From contig OZ024740.1 of the NCBI GenBank assembly GCA_964016885.1, positions 95,294,001 through 95,358,000 on the forward strand: DNA of 64,000 nucleotides, given 5' to 3'. The notes beneath the pieces are model-generated. The model was not told the origin of the DNA and did no database searches. It was given only the letters and a program-made list of their open reading frames with translations. A program made the position numbers and the translations under genes. Positions 11,638-24,172 of this stretch are shown one piece after another; within the stretch, counting starts at the first letter, position 1, and every line of letters begins with the position of its first letter. Origin of the DNA: Eledone cirrhosa. Taxonomy: Eukaryota.

Positions 11638-14600
11638 TCAGATATTCAGGACGTATCGGAGGGTTCTTGCCGTTCCAAGCAAGCATGCCTTTTGAAGCGT
11701 TCCAAAAAGCGTGAAGGGGCCGATTTTCTTTAACCATCCCTGGAAACCTTTGGAGATAGTCCCCAGTGCGCCTATGACAATCGGGATCACTTTGACTTCA
11801 TGGCAGTTCCAAATCCTTTTCACCTCCCACTTTAGGTCCTGGTATCGGTTACTTTTCTCCCTCTCCTTCTCTTGCACTCTCGTGTCGAACGGGCAGGCCA
11901 CATCCACAATCAGGCACGATCTTTTTTCTTTGTCCACAACCACCAGGTCAGGTCTATTGTGTTCCAGTTTTTTGTCCGTCTGTATCCTAAAATTCCCACA
12001 GCACCTTCACCTGACTGTTCTCCATCACCGCCTCTGGCCTATGCTCATACCATTTCTCAGAATGTGGTAGATTGTTTACTTTGCACAGGTGCCAGTGGAT
12101 CACCCTGCCCATCACATCGTATCTCCAGCCCTTATAGTGGGTCTGGGCTAGGTGTTTACACTCGGACACAATGTGAGCCACAGTCTCCTCTCTCTCTCCA
12201 CAGATCCTGCACAGTGGGCTAGCCTCCTCCTTGTAGATATGGTGCTTCAACCACTTCGTTTTGAGGGCCTGCTCCTGCGCAGCCATTAGCATTCCTTCTG
12301 TAGCCTTTTTGAGGTCTCCTCTTCTCAACCAGTTCCATGGCTGTGGATCTCTAAATTCAGTTTTCTCAAAGAAGGTACTATGAAGGGATTTTCCCTTAAG
12401 GCTGCTCTTCCTCCTTGATGTTATTTCCTCCTTGGGTATCCCCTGGCCTACTGTCCCCTCCTTCAGTACAGCTCTGAGCATTGGCTCCTTACTATAGGTC
12501 ACGTATTTGTATAGGTTGTTTTTCTCCATATGAACACAGTCCTCTATGCTGATAAGACCTCTTCCACCCTCAGATCTCCTTAGGTAGAGTCTATCGACAT
12601 CACTCCTCTTGTGGAACATGTTGTAGATAGTCAATAGCTTCCTAGTCTTCCTATCCATTTCTTTTTGTTCAGCAACATTCCATCTCAGAATTCCCGCACT
12701 GTACCTAATAATAGACACAGCTCGGGAATTTACTGCGCTTATGGCATTTCTGCTGTTCAGATGTGACTTCAATACGCTCCTTACTCTCCGAATGTATTCA
12801 GTTCTTAACAATTCCTTCATTTTTTTGTTCTTTATGCCATCAGCCTCCAGAACGCCCAAATACTTGTATCCTTCCTCAGAGTCAATTTCCTTTATCATCT
12901 CACCTGTTGGTATCTGGATCCCGTTACTTCTGCTCAACCTACCCCTCCTCATCACAATGACTCCACATTTACCAATACCAAACTGCATACATATATCACT
13001 GCTGAAAATACGGACAGTGTCAACAAGCACATCCAACTCCTTCTCACTTTCCCCGAAGAGCTTAAGATCGTCCATGAAGAGGAGGTGATTGATGGTAAGC
13101 TCTCCCCTTCCCAACTTGTATCCTGCTCTCACTTTTCGCAGCATAATGGTCAAGGGCATCAGGGCAAGGACAAACAACAGAGGGGACAGGCTATCTCCCT
13201 GGAAGATACCTCTCTTGATCTTCACGCTTCCCAAGGATACTCCAGTTGATGTCAACTCTGTCTCCCAGGACCCCATACTCCTGCCCAGCAACTGTCTGAT
13301 GTTATCTGCCACCCTGAAGATCTCCAGGCTTTTGGTGATCCAGGAATGAGGCACCATGTCAAATGCCTTTCTGTAGTCTATCCATCCCATGGCAAGATCA
13401 GTGTGTCTCCTCCTGCAATTCCCCATTACCATCTTATCAATAAGCAACTGGTCCTTTGTACCACGTGACTTCTTTCGGCATCCTTTCTGTTCGTCCGGCA
13501 ACAAGTTGTTTGTGTGGAGGTGATGGTAGATTTCCTCAGACACAATGCTCGTCAACAGTTTCCACATTACGGGCAGACATGTGATAGGTCTATAGTTGGT
13601 AACATCATTACCCTTGATTCGGTCTTTCATTATCAGAACTGTGGTACCTTTTGTCAACCACTCTGGCACCTCACCCGACACCAAGCAGTCATTGAACATG
13701 GCCGTCAGCTTCGGGTGGAGGGATGTTAAATGTTTAATCCAATACCCCTGCACACCATCTGGGCCTGGTGATTTCCAGTTGGTTAGTTTTTTGGCTTGCC
13801 ACTTAAGAGTTTCAACTGTGATACTCAAATCAGTCTGTTGCTGTGCCTGCTCACCGATCTCCCTCTGTACTGTCTCAATCCACCCTGCCTGGGCATTGTG
13901 TCTAACATCCTGCTCCCATATTCCTCTCCAGAATGTTTTAGCTTGTTCCGCCCCAGGGATCAAGTCGTTGCCTCTTTCTTTCCCCTCAAGCTGTCCAAAC
14001 AGCATCTTCTGGTTGTTGTCGAACATGCGGTTCTGTTTATACTGACTGACTCTGTTCTCGTATCGCCTGATTTTGGCACTCTTTGCTACAATGCGTTGCT
14101 TCAATTCCTCTATGATAATATTTAGCTTTTTACTCCTAGTTTTGTATTTTATTTCCAGTCTATTTTTAGTGCCTATGTTTTTTAGTGTCCCATTCAGTAG
14201 TGACTCAAGCTTTCCTATGTCATTTCTCATTTCCCCGATTTGCCCACTCAGTCGCTTCTTCCACCACGGCTCTGCTCTTTCTTGTCTGTTGTTTCCTCTC
14301 GCTTTTATACCCAGTAGTTTCCTCACCGTATTTGCTGTTGCTTTGAGGATATTGTTGCACTGGTGAAGACTCCTCGCCTCAAGGTATGGGATGACTTTGT
14401 TTACCTTAGCTGTTGTTTCTTTTAACTTTTTCCTGTCTACAAATCTTAGGTTCATAGGTCTCCCACTATCATTGTTCAACTCATCTACCACTAAATTTAG
14501 GATGTCAACCGAATCTTGTCCTAGCCCGTCAGCATTCATCTCCTCAGTGGCCGTATCTCTGTTCCAGGTATTATTTATCTCAGTATTCAGATCATTGTCT

Positions 14601-15031
14601 GCTTCGGGTGGTTCCTCCGTTCTCAGGACCTCCTCACCTTCATTTCCCGCCGGCTCGCTTGTCTGGCATACTACACCCGCCATCTCCAAGCCATTCTCTC
14701 TGCTCAGTTCCTCCAGTTCCAGCTCGCTTATCCACCCATTAAGTCTTATTACCCGAGCCTGCCCGGCCAATTTTTGTTCATCTAATTTAAATAAAACAAT
14801 CTCGTTCCAGATGTTATGCATCCGTCTCCTGTAGCCCCTCTCCTTGGGGTTACTTTTCAGGTAGCATTGCATAACAGTTCTATTCAATTCTTTCGTCCAG
14901 TTGGTTCTGGCCCCTTTCCTTCTTCTTCTTCCTCCAACATCAGCAGTATTTGGTTGACAGTCAGGTTCCTGCTGCTGAGCCAGGGGGCACCTGTTGGGTG
15001 AGAGTCTGTCACATGACGTTCTAGTCTCCAT
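11638..15031 (-). pseudogene. RT + CCHC + RLE ORF with a single +1 frameshift
   Basis: 3394 nt versus 3393 nt in copy 2; extra T in 'aattcccaca' at ~11994 separates the RLE domain; could also be a sequencing indel in an intact copy. Confidence 0.88.
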
Positions 15032-15601
15032 TTCACCGTTATTCGAACTGTTTATGTTCGATATTTAAACACTCTTATCGAGGATTGGCGAATGTATGTT
15101 TACATAGCCATCTGTGGATCCGCCATCCCACTTGGCCCTTGTGTGGCATTATCACCACGCTGTATACGGACACACATAAACAAACAAACACACGGGCAGA
15201 AAGGGCCCCAAAAATGAATAAGCATAAGTTTCATTGTAATGTAGTATTCGAATGTCTGACTTAGTTTTTGTTTTTTAAGTTTTACTTTTTCCCCCCTCTT
15301 CTCTGTCCGTCCGCCTGCTTCTCTCTTCATTCTTATTTTCTTTACGTTTTTGGGGTTTCTTTTTTTGTTTTTGTTTTTCTCTGTTTTTCTCGTTTTTTAC
15401 TGTTGTTGCTGTGCTGCTTTTGTTGTTTGTTTTTTTCTTTTTTCTTTTGAGTCTATCTATATATTTTGATGCCTTCCTCTTTGTTAGTAGTAGGAATTCT
15501 ATAATGTGGAAGTGGTAGCCAGCAGAGACTGGCGGCGTTGGCGATACTGAGACAGTGGTGGTGGTGATGTCGATACCGAGGCAGTGGTGGCGGTGATGCG
15601 A

Positions 15602-16570
15602 CCGTATTACTGTAGTGATTGTGCTGTAGCGGTGGCAGCAGCAGTGAAGGAGTCAGGGGGTGGTGGCGGCGGTGATGGGATAGTGGTGGTAATGATGGCC
15701 GTAGTGAGCGGTGGTGGTGAAGGTGAAAATGCTGTTGTGTTTAGTGTACACAGATGATGGGGTGGGTGGTGTATCTAGTTTCTGGTGTTGGTGAGTTTCG
15801 CTGTCCTATATAGTGTAGCCAGAGGAGAGGAGGGGGGGGGGTTCTTCTTCTTCCATTTATAGCCATTTTATTTTTTTTTGGATATACAGTGTACAATACA
15901 AAGTTGAATATTTGAATATTTGAGCCGTATTACTGTAGTGATGGTGCTGTAGCGGTGGCAGCAGCAGTGAAGGAGTCAAGGGGTGGTGGCGGCGGTGATG
16001 GGATAGTGGTGGTAATGATGGCCGTAGTGAGCGGTGGCGGTGAAGGTGAAAATGCTGTTGTGTTTAGTGTACACAGATGATGGGGTGGGTGGTGTATCTA
16101 GTTTCTGGTGTTGGTGAGTTTCGCTGTCCTATATAGTGTAGCCAGAGGAGAGGAGGGGGGGGGGGGGTTCTTCTTCTTCCATTTATAGCCATTTTATTTT
16201 TTTTTGGATATACAGTGTACAATACAAAGTTGAATATTTGAATATTTGAGCCGTATTACTGTAGTGATGGTGCTGTAGCGGTGGCAGCAGCAGTGAAGGA
16301 GGCAAGGGGTGGTGGCGGCGGTGATGGGATAGTGGTGGTAATGATGGCCGTAGTGAGCGGTGGCGGTGAAGGTGAAAATGCTGTTGTGTTTAGTGTACAC
16401 AGATGATGGGGTGGGTGGTGTATCTAGTTTCTGGTGTTGGTGAGTTTAGCTGTCCTATATAGTGTAGCCAGAGGAGAGGAGGGGGGGGGGGTTCTTCTTC
16501 TTCCATTTATAGCCATTTTTTTTGGATATACAGTGTACAATACAAAGTTGAATATTTGAATATTTGAGCC
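15602..16570. repeat. Three tandem ~325-bp monomers in the copy 4 5' UTR
   Basis: units start 'ccgtattactgtagtgat' at 15602, 15925 and 16251; single unit in copy 2. Confidence 0.93.
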
Positions 16571-16736
16571 TTATAACAATATATTTTGGGTCCGAATTTT
16601 TTTGGGGCTCAAGCCGGGTGCTTTACGTAGCATTTGTACTAAGAGTTGTTATTTCACAAATGATTTAAATATGTTAAAAATTCAAAACTTACGGGAGCGA
16701 TTTCATGACCTCCGTCACCTCGTCCGTCTTCTTCCC

Positions 16737-16737
<1 letters not shown>

Positions 16738-16792
<55 letters not shown>

Positions 16793-16803
16793 CATTATTA
16801 TTA
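16738..16803. repeat. (TTA)n microsatellite between head-to-head elements
   Basis: direct reading. Confidence 0.95.
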
Positions 16804-17009
16804 ATGGCGACCTACGTAGTAAATCGTATTATCGTGAGCTCCGCAAATGTTTGTTATTTTCAGTTGTTTAAAATTGCCATTTATGGAAAATTATTATTGT
16901 TAACTGTATATAATTGCACATACATTGTTTTCTGAAAAGGACACTCAAAAAGATTGGGGCCTTGAGCCAAAAATTTAAACTTTTATAATTATCAGACAAA
17001 GATTTTTCT

Positions 17010-18589
17010 TTGAAAAATCAAGGACGACTCTCAGTCACACCTTCCTCACAAACTAACACCTCACACCAACACCACCATTGTAAAAATACTTCGTTTGCCA
17101 ACACTAAAAATATAAGCAGTAGTAATATTTTTAATTTATCTCAGGCAGACATTCATTTCCCGCCATTACCAATGACTGCAGGTGTTAAAGCCACCACCCC
17201 CACCACAGCGACAACAGAAACAAAAGAAAAAAATAAATTAACTCGTGATATCGAAATGAATTCAACCAAAATGAACTCTTCCAACCCGAACACCACTCAC
17301 GCCACCACCACAACAACTGAACCTAAATTTAACAATAACAAAAATAACGATAATAACAACAGCAACAATGTAATTAATAAAACCACCCTGAGTTTTGCCA
17401 GAGTAGCAAAAAAGTGCGAAGCATTCCAGGTAACACATGAGGAATTAGAAGAAGCCAAACAAATAGTAAAGAAAGATGGGTACAGGGTCAGCCCTCACCC
17501 CCACCGGCCCCACACACACACCTAATAAATAGGAGCAACGGCGCCTATGCATCATGTCTTATCGGACGATTAACATAAAATCGCGCCGAGTGGAACGGGC
17601 ATCCGAGTCCCAAATCCAAAATGCTTTGGGACATGTGTGGGCACAAAAAAAACCTCATCAACGTGGGCAGAAAAATGGAACCGTGGACGTGTTCTTTGAA
17701 ACACTACAGGAGGCCAGTGAACACACCATGGCTCCATTAAGAAGTACCGACTTCACACTGTCCCAAATATTGTGGCCAGAGAGTCATGAAGATGAGGGTG
17801 ACACCGGCCTGGCTAATAGCTGCCGTCCACGCCGGCATCGACGCCAACACCAAGATAATCGAAATAGCGAAAGAAAAGCAGGAGAACTGGTCCGGATCTG
17901 GGATGGAGCTCCTGATCCAAGCGGACCAAAAAAGCATTGAGGAGATCACTGAGGTAATAGACGTTACTGACGGCAGCCACCTCACCGTAATTGTCGAGGG
18001 CAGAAGGCTTAGGTGTGTCGTTTGTGGTGAAGGAACCCACCTAAGGTCTTTCTGCACTGAGGCAAAAAGGTTGAGGCCACCTCTCTTACCCACCCCAGTG
18101 ACTCAACCATCAACATGACAAGCAGCAGAGATGGCAACAACAACTGTAGCAGCAACAACATCACCAACCCCATCACCACAAACACCAACACCATCACCAT
18201 CATTAACCCAACACCACTATCACCAACACCACAAAAGTCACCAAAAAGCGAAACAGAAACGAACCCACAACAAACGCAAAAATAAACAAAACAACAAAAA
18301 TTGTACACACTACACAGCATTAAATTTGAACAACCAATTATTTCTCTACATCCAACACAACACCAGCATCACAGAAAAAGACAACACAACAACCCAAAAT
18401 GTCACAGCGCCTCCAGACATACAAATCACTCGCATCACACAGAAAATGTACACGACATTAAAACAAAAATTCCCCAAACACATCGGAGACTTCCAACAAA
18501 CACTCTACAGGAGGATTTATAAGGACATCCTTCCGGAGGAGGCCAGAAGCAGTGAAAAGGATGGAGAAACCATCCTTCCTCTACGATAA
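17010..18589 (+). pseudogene. Tx1-like ORF1 (gag-like), disrupted
   Basis: SFARVAK motif, zinc knuckle CVVCGEGTHLRSFC, T/N/P-rich low complexity; split into several ORFs. Confidence 0.7.
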
Positions 18590-18632
18590 GTAAGGTAAGT
18601 GGTATTTCCCATCTTTTCCACTCCATTTCAAC

Positions 18633-21600
18633 ATGACCTCACTCAGAATAGGCAGCATAAATCCGCGTGGCTTGGAGTCGTCATGGAAGCAGGGCCACCT
18701 GATCAACGACCTCAGGTCACTAAACATAGATGTAGTGGCCATCAACGAGACCAGAATCTCCGAAGCACGGGCCTTCGCACCGATCTTCGGCGGCTACGAT
18801 GTGTACGCATCTCACAGCCGTCCTGGATCGGGGGGTGAGTTGCTGTGCTTTTTCGGAGAGGTTTGGATTTCGCCATCTTCCTGGACCCAGAAGGTAAGTT
18901 GGTGGCGGTAGACGTGACCAGCGGAGACGGGCAAGCTTTCAGGCTAATGGCCGTCAATGCCTCGACAGGAGCAGGGCGGCCTGATTTCTTCCGACGTCTG
19001 GAGACCTTTCTTGGATTGTCCCGCTCTTTAGTGCTAGTGGGCGACTGGAACGGGATCTTAGATGCACGCTGGGACTGTGTGGGATTAGCGGATAGGGGAG
19101 GAGGGTGCAAGAGTCTCACCAACCTGCTCAGGCGTTTTGAACCGTCTGACAGATACCGATTGGATTTCCCGAATGTGCCAATGTGGATTGGTCAAATGGC
19201 ATAGGATCATCTAGGTCATATCTAGATAGAGTATTTTGTAGGGAAATAGATAGGTCTAGCACAGGCTGTCCACAATTCAAGATAATCAGCTACACGGACC
19301 ACACATTCGTGATCTGTGTGCTTGACTTAGATAGGCTTCATAATCGTGGACCCGGCTACTGGAAGCTAAACGCGTCTTTACCGGCGCGCAAGGACTACAT
19401 AGAACGGATTAGCGAACTACTTAAGCGGGCGTTGACGGGGGCTATCGTCAACAACAAGTGGTGGTTTGCTCTGAAAATAGCGATTAGAATGGAGTCCATT
19501 ATGTTTAGTAAGGCTTTAGCAATAGAGAAAAATAGAGCAGAGGGAGACCTAGTTAGAAAATTAGACGAGGCGATTAGCAAAGGAATCGCGACCGACCTAC
19601 ATGCGGCGTAATTGGCCCTTGACCAATTCTTCAATGCAAAGCACGAAGGCTGCGTTGTCGGAGCTAGGGTGCGTGCTCTCAGACACGAGGGGACGAAAGT
19701 TGTTCAACGGGCCCTAGTGGCGGAGGCGCGTCGTGGCAACAAAGCCACGATCCGGTCTTTGGTGGACCACAACGGGCGCATGCTACTAGATCACAGGCAA
19801 TTGTGTGAAGCTTTTCAGCGACATTCGCCCAGCTGTTCGGGGGCAGCGGCGATACTGATCGAGGGATGGACTTTAGTGTCTACCTCGACGGACTGACGTG
19901 GCTCTCGGCCACTGAGGTCGAGTGTTGCGAAAAGCCGATAACAGCCGCTGAAGTACGGGAGGCAATGACAAGCTGCACAAGGGGTAGATCTCCTGGTTTA
20001 GAAGGCTTGCCCTATGAACTTTACGTACAGATGCCAAACTTGTTCGGGGATCTCTTGGCGGACGTCTACTGCAACTGGCAACAGAACGGGAGAATTCCCA
20101 GCTCTGTGAGCCGAGGAGCTGTGGCACTGCTGAGAAAGGATCCGAACAAGGGGAATAACATAGATAATTTCAGGCCCATAACTCTGCTAAACACAGAGTT
20201 CAAGATTTTGGCCAAGGTGCTAGCAAAGAGGTTGGCGCTTGTCGTTGGTAGTCTGGTGGAAGAGGCGCAGACGGGCGCCATTCCGGACAGATCCATCCAC
20301 GACAACCTCTACCTCATGCGATATATCGTAGAGAGGACAGCTAGGGAACCTGGCAAGTGTGGGTCCTTGATCAATTTAGATCAGTCGAAAGCTTTCGATA
20401 GGGTCGACCATCGTTACATAGCAGAAGTCCTAAGGGCGGCTGGCTTTGGGCCCGTCTTCAGAAGCTGGATCGCTACCATGCACAGCGATATCTGCTCTGT
20501 GGTGAGAGTGAACGGACACCTTTCGGAACCGTTCAACTTCATGCGTTCGGTCCGCCAAGGATGTCCCCTCTCGTCCCTCTTGTACGTATTGACACTCGAA
20601 CCAGTACTGCACAAACTGGAGACGTTGAGGGGTTTCCCGCACGAACTTGGATGCGGAAGATGCGTGTCAGCATATGCGGACGATGTCACTGTAGTGGTGT
20701 CGAACACCAAACACAACGAGGCGATCGGCACTACACTAAGAGAATACGAAGCGGTGACAGGAGCAATGATCAACCAGGAAGAGTCAGTGGGCCTGCAGCT
20801 CGGCACCTGGAGAGGCATGTCCATGCCATCCAACAGCGTTGTCGGGCGCTGAAAGGACGGACCGGTTCAATTGCTAGGTGTCTGGTTCGGTTCGGACCTC
20901 CAGTCGGACAAAACCTGGGACGAGGTGACGAGCAAGGTGGCTTCTCTCACCCAGAAATGGGCCGAGAGGAAGCTAGCCCTGAAAGGTCGAGCGGAGGTGG
21001 CTAACACGTACATCGCGTCCGTCATCTACTACCGCCTGACCGTCGTACCTGTCCTAAGCCCCGACTGACTGTGCTGGATCATTTGCTCTTCGCTTTTAGA
21101 AATGGATGCGCTCCGATTATCAGGCGGTCTATCTGCTGTCAACACCCGCTACGTAAATGTCTGGGCATGCCGTGGCTGATAATGCGCAGACATGGCCTCA
21201 GGCTACGACATCTCCACCTCTTCTTCGACGCTGATCAGGTCTGGTCGCCATTTGGTAGACGCGTATTTCCCCAGCCCGTCTCCTTGACGGAGCTGCAGTC
21301 CTAGCTCAAGCGAAGACCGAGAGGGAGCGCTTGGAAAGTGGAATGTCTTCAGGCGCTCACAGACCTCGACCAATCGGGCAATGTGATCCGTGGAAACTGC
21401 ACCTTGGCGTTCTATAGAGGATTAGTGGAGGGAGAGAGCGACGACGTACTTGGAGAAACTCTAGGCGTCGACGAAAATCAACTAGCCAATCACTTCGGAA
21501 GGACTTTCGGGCCGGAGCCTATGGACAACTTCCAGAAATCCCTGGCCTGGCAGTGCTACCGAGGAGCTTTGCCAGTTCGGGATAAACTCTACAGGCATGG

Positions 21601-22035
21601 AGGTGCCGTCAGCCGGGCATGCCCGAGATGCGCGCAGGGCGACGAAACCGTCCTGCATACACTCTTCCAGTGTCCGAGCATTGCTGACATGTGGGTTTAT
21701 GTCGAACACCTGCTGTCGCGTGTAGGAAGATCCAGCTATCAGCTGAGTCCTTCGTGAGGATTCCCCCGCCCTCTTACTTTAGCCGGGAAGGGCAGGCAGT
21801 TTTTATCTGTCTGGTGGCCATGGCGAAAGAGATAGTATAGTGAACACGCTTGAAAGGGCTGAAGACGAGCACATACCTCTTCGGTGATGCCCTGATTAAC
21901 TTTTTCAAATTTCATTTGAAAAGGAAAATCAGGGTAGAGAGGGAAGTGTTGTCTTCCCAGCATTTTGTTGAAAGATGGGTGAAAGAAGCAAGTATGGCCC
22001 GTGTGAATGGGCCTACTCTGAGTATCTGTCTGTAA
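18633..22035 (+). pseudogene. Tx1-like ORF2 (APE-RT-CCHC), disrupted
   Basis: IGSINPRGL, AINET, VGDWN, LDR, TDH, GPGYWKLN, RPITLLN, DQSKAFDRVDH, VRQGCPLS, AYADD, CPRC..ETVLHTLFQC. Confidence 0.92.
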
Positions 22036-22278
22036 ATTAAAGGTGGATAATTGGGATAGGGCACTTGCCCTGGTGGTCAGGCTCACTGTGGCCTTTTAAT
22101 GGGCTTTCTCCACAAATGTCCCTCGGAAGTCTCCCCCCTATTGGGGAATTTTTCTTTGTTTATTTTATTACATCCTCTGTTTTTTTTACACTCAGAAATG
22201 CCAATTTGTACCGTCCTGTATTGTCCTGTACTGTCCTTAATGTCTATTTATGTAAACCCTTGTGGTTAATAAATAAAA

Positions 22279-22280
<2 letters not shown>

Positions 22281-22332
<52 letters not shown>
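22281..22332. repeat. (TTA)n microsatellite
   Basis: direct reading. Confidence 0.95.
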
Positions 22333-22705
22333 CAGCACAACGGCTACTATTATTCTTGGTAGTATTACCATAGCTACGAACGCTCAGGGTAGTACCAGGC
22401 GTATGTCGTATATTAAAGCGCCTTCTACTGTAGTTGTTCGCTCTATTAAGGTCCTTACCGCATCCACTAGTCGCCCTACTACTGCGGCGATTGTGCCTGT
22501 CAAGGTCAACACCAACATTGCCGGATGCGGCTAGAGAATAGCCAAGGTTATCTGAGCTGCCGTACTCCCTAAGATCGTCGTTGCAAGGATGCTGTGTTTT
22601 AGTGAGCTTGTTGTAGTTACTTAGCGCTATGAGGTCAGCTAGATTGGGTGCAGTGGAGAAGGATATTTTTACGTTATTCTTATTGAAGATATTACTGTAT
22701 TTCCG
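22333..22705 (-). mobile_element. Naiad-type PLE fragment (linker region)
   Basis: minus strand at ~22570-22705 reads KYSNIFNKNNVKISFSTAPNLADLIALSNYNKLTKTQH, matching YRNILNRNNINISFSTTPNRADIIGTTNHSKITKTEH of ORF 55896-56480. Confidence 0.75.
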
Positions 22706-23121
22706 TATCCAATTGTGACCACCACTGTATAAGGTAAGAGCCGTTTAAGTACTGGCCTGTCATCGGGTGTCAGGACAAAATTGTTTCAGGGCCTGACAAT
22801 CGGCCAAAAATGAACCCCGAAATCTAAGGCACCGTCCTACATGCTAATGTTACTAATTTGTTGGTAATACAAAATAGCATTGTTGAAATAAATTGAGCAT
22901 GGACACTACGGTTTAATACGGCATGTTTGCTTACAAACACACCGAGCATTATAATAAATGTTCCGTGAATCCATACGTACACATATATATGTGTGCATGT
23001 ATATATATATATATACATACTACTGTACGTCTGTATACATATATCTATGTACGTCTACATACTTATATTTAAGTAACAGCCGTACTAAGAGTGGGAAATG
23101 AAATGTCGTTTCATTTTTGCC

Positions 23122-23234
<113 letters not shown>

Positions 23235-23295
23235 TATATATACATATATATATGTGTGTGTGTGTATATATATATATACATACACACACACACAC

Positions 23296-23377
<82 letters not shown>

Positions 23378-23550
23378 TTATATATATATATTTATTAAAA
23401 TAACATATTAAAGTTTAAGCAAAGAATCGCTGATTTCACCTTTAATTGGGTCTATCTGAAACTAACAAAGTCGATCTGTGAACGCAGAAGTGAATATTTC
23501 AAAAAACGTAGCAACCGGAGGAAGAGAGAAAGACGATACTTGTGTTCGTT

Positions 23551-23817
23551 GACACGTTCCCTGGCAAAGAACGGGAAAAAACGAATATTATACGTCATGA
23601 TTTGGAGCGGTGAAAAACAATTACACGCAAAGACAAAACCACATTTATGGTATAAACGAAGTCGTAGACTAATATTCTATTAGGTGGTTGATAGAGACGT
23701 TCTCTGGCAATGAACGGAATAAAACGAAGGCAATACGTCATATGTGGAGCGGGGAGAACAATTGCACGCAGTCAAAACCACATAAATGGTATAACTGAAG
23801 TCGTAGACTAAAATTCT
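23551..23817. repeat. Diverged direct repeat, 2 x ~125 bp
   Basis: 'acgttc(c/t)ctggcaa..gaacgg' ... 'gaagtcgtagacta..attct' at 23551-23678 and ~23695-23817. Confidence 0.8.
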
Positions 23818-24133
23818 AACTAGGAAACCGAATGATTCTCGGCTTCAGAGTTAAGAATATATTAGAAAGTGAGGTTTCTTTTACAAAGTGAAAAATTACC
23901 GATGTGTTCTACACGAGTGAAAGTATTTGGAAAAAAGAGGAAATAGAAAATGCAACTGGAGTCTTAATTTTAAAAAAATATATATATTTATTTGGGTCCT
24001 ATACCGGTTTCGCAGTTCTTCTGCTTTTCAAAAGTATAGTTCAGATGGAGGGTCTGTGTTTTTTCTCACATCTGTTTGGTCTTTGAATGTAAATTGTTTT
24101 ATATGGAACAAAGTGGCTCGAACGGCCAGGTTA

Positions 24134-24171
<38 letters not shown>

Positions 24172-24172
<1 letters not shown>

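Larger units (their letters stand above)
11564..16737 (-). mobile_element. R4/Dong-like family A, copy 4 (full length, expanded 5' UTR)
   Basis: 1014-aa ORF plus 101-aa C-terminal piece; same termini as copy 2. Confidence 0.95.
16804..22280 (+). mobile_element. Tx1/L1-clade non-LTR retrotransposon, full length but decayed
   Basis: ORF1 with CCHC knuckle; ORF2 with APE, RT and C-terminal CCHC; AATAAA then directly (TTA)n; flanked by (TTA)n on both sides. Confidence 0.9.

Noticed and set aside
7-15001. Recurrent plus-strand ORFs inside family A copies
   Set aside because: Antisense shadows of the RT ORF; they recur only because the element is repeated
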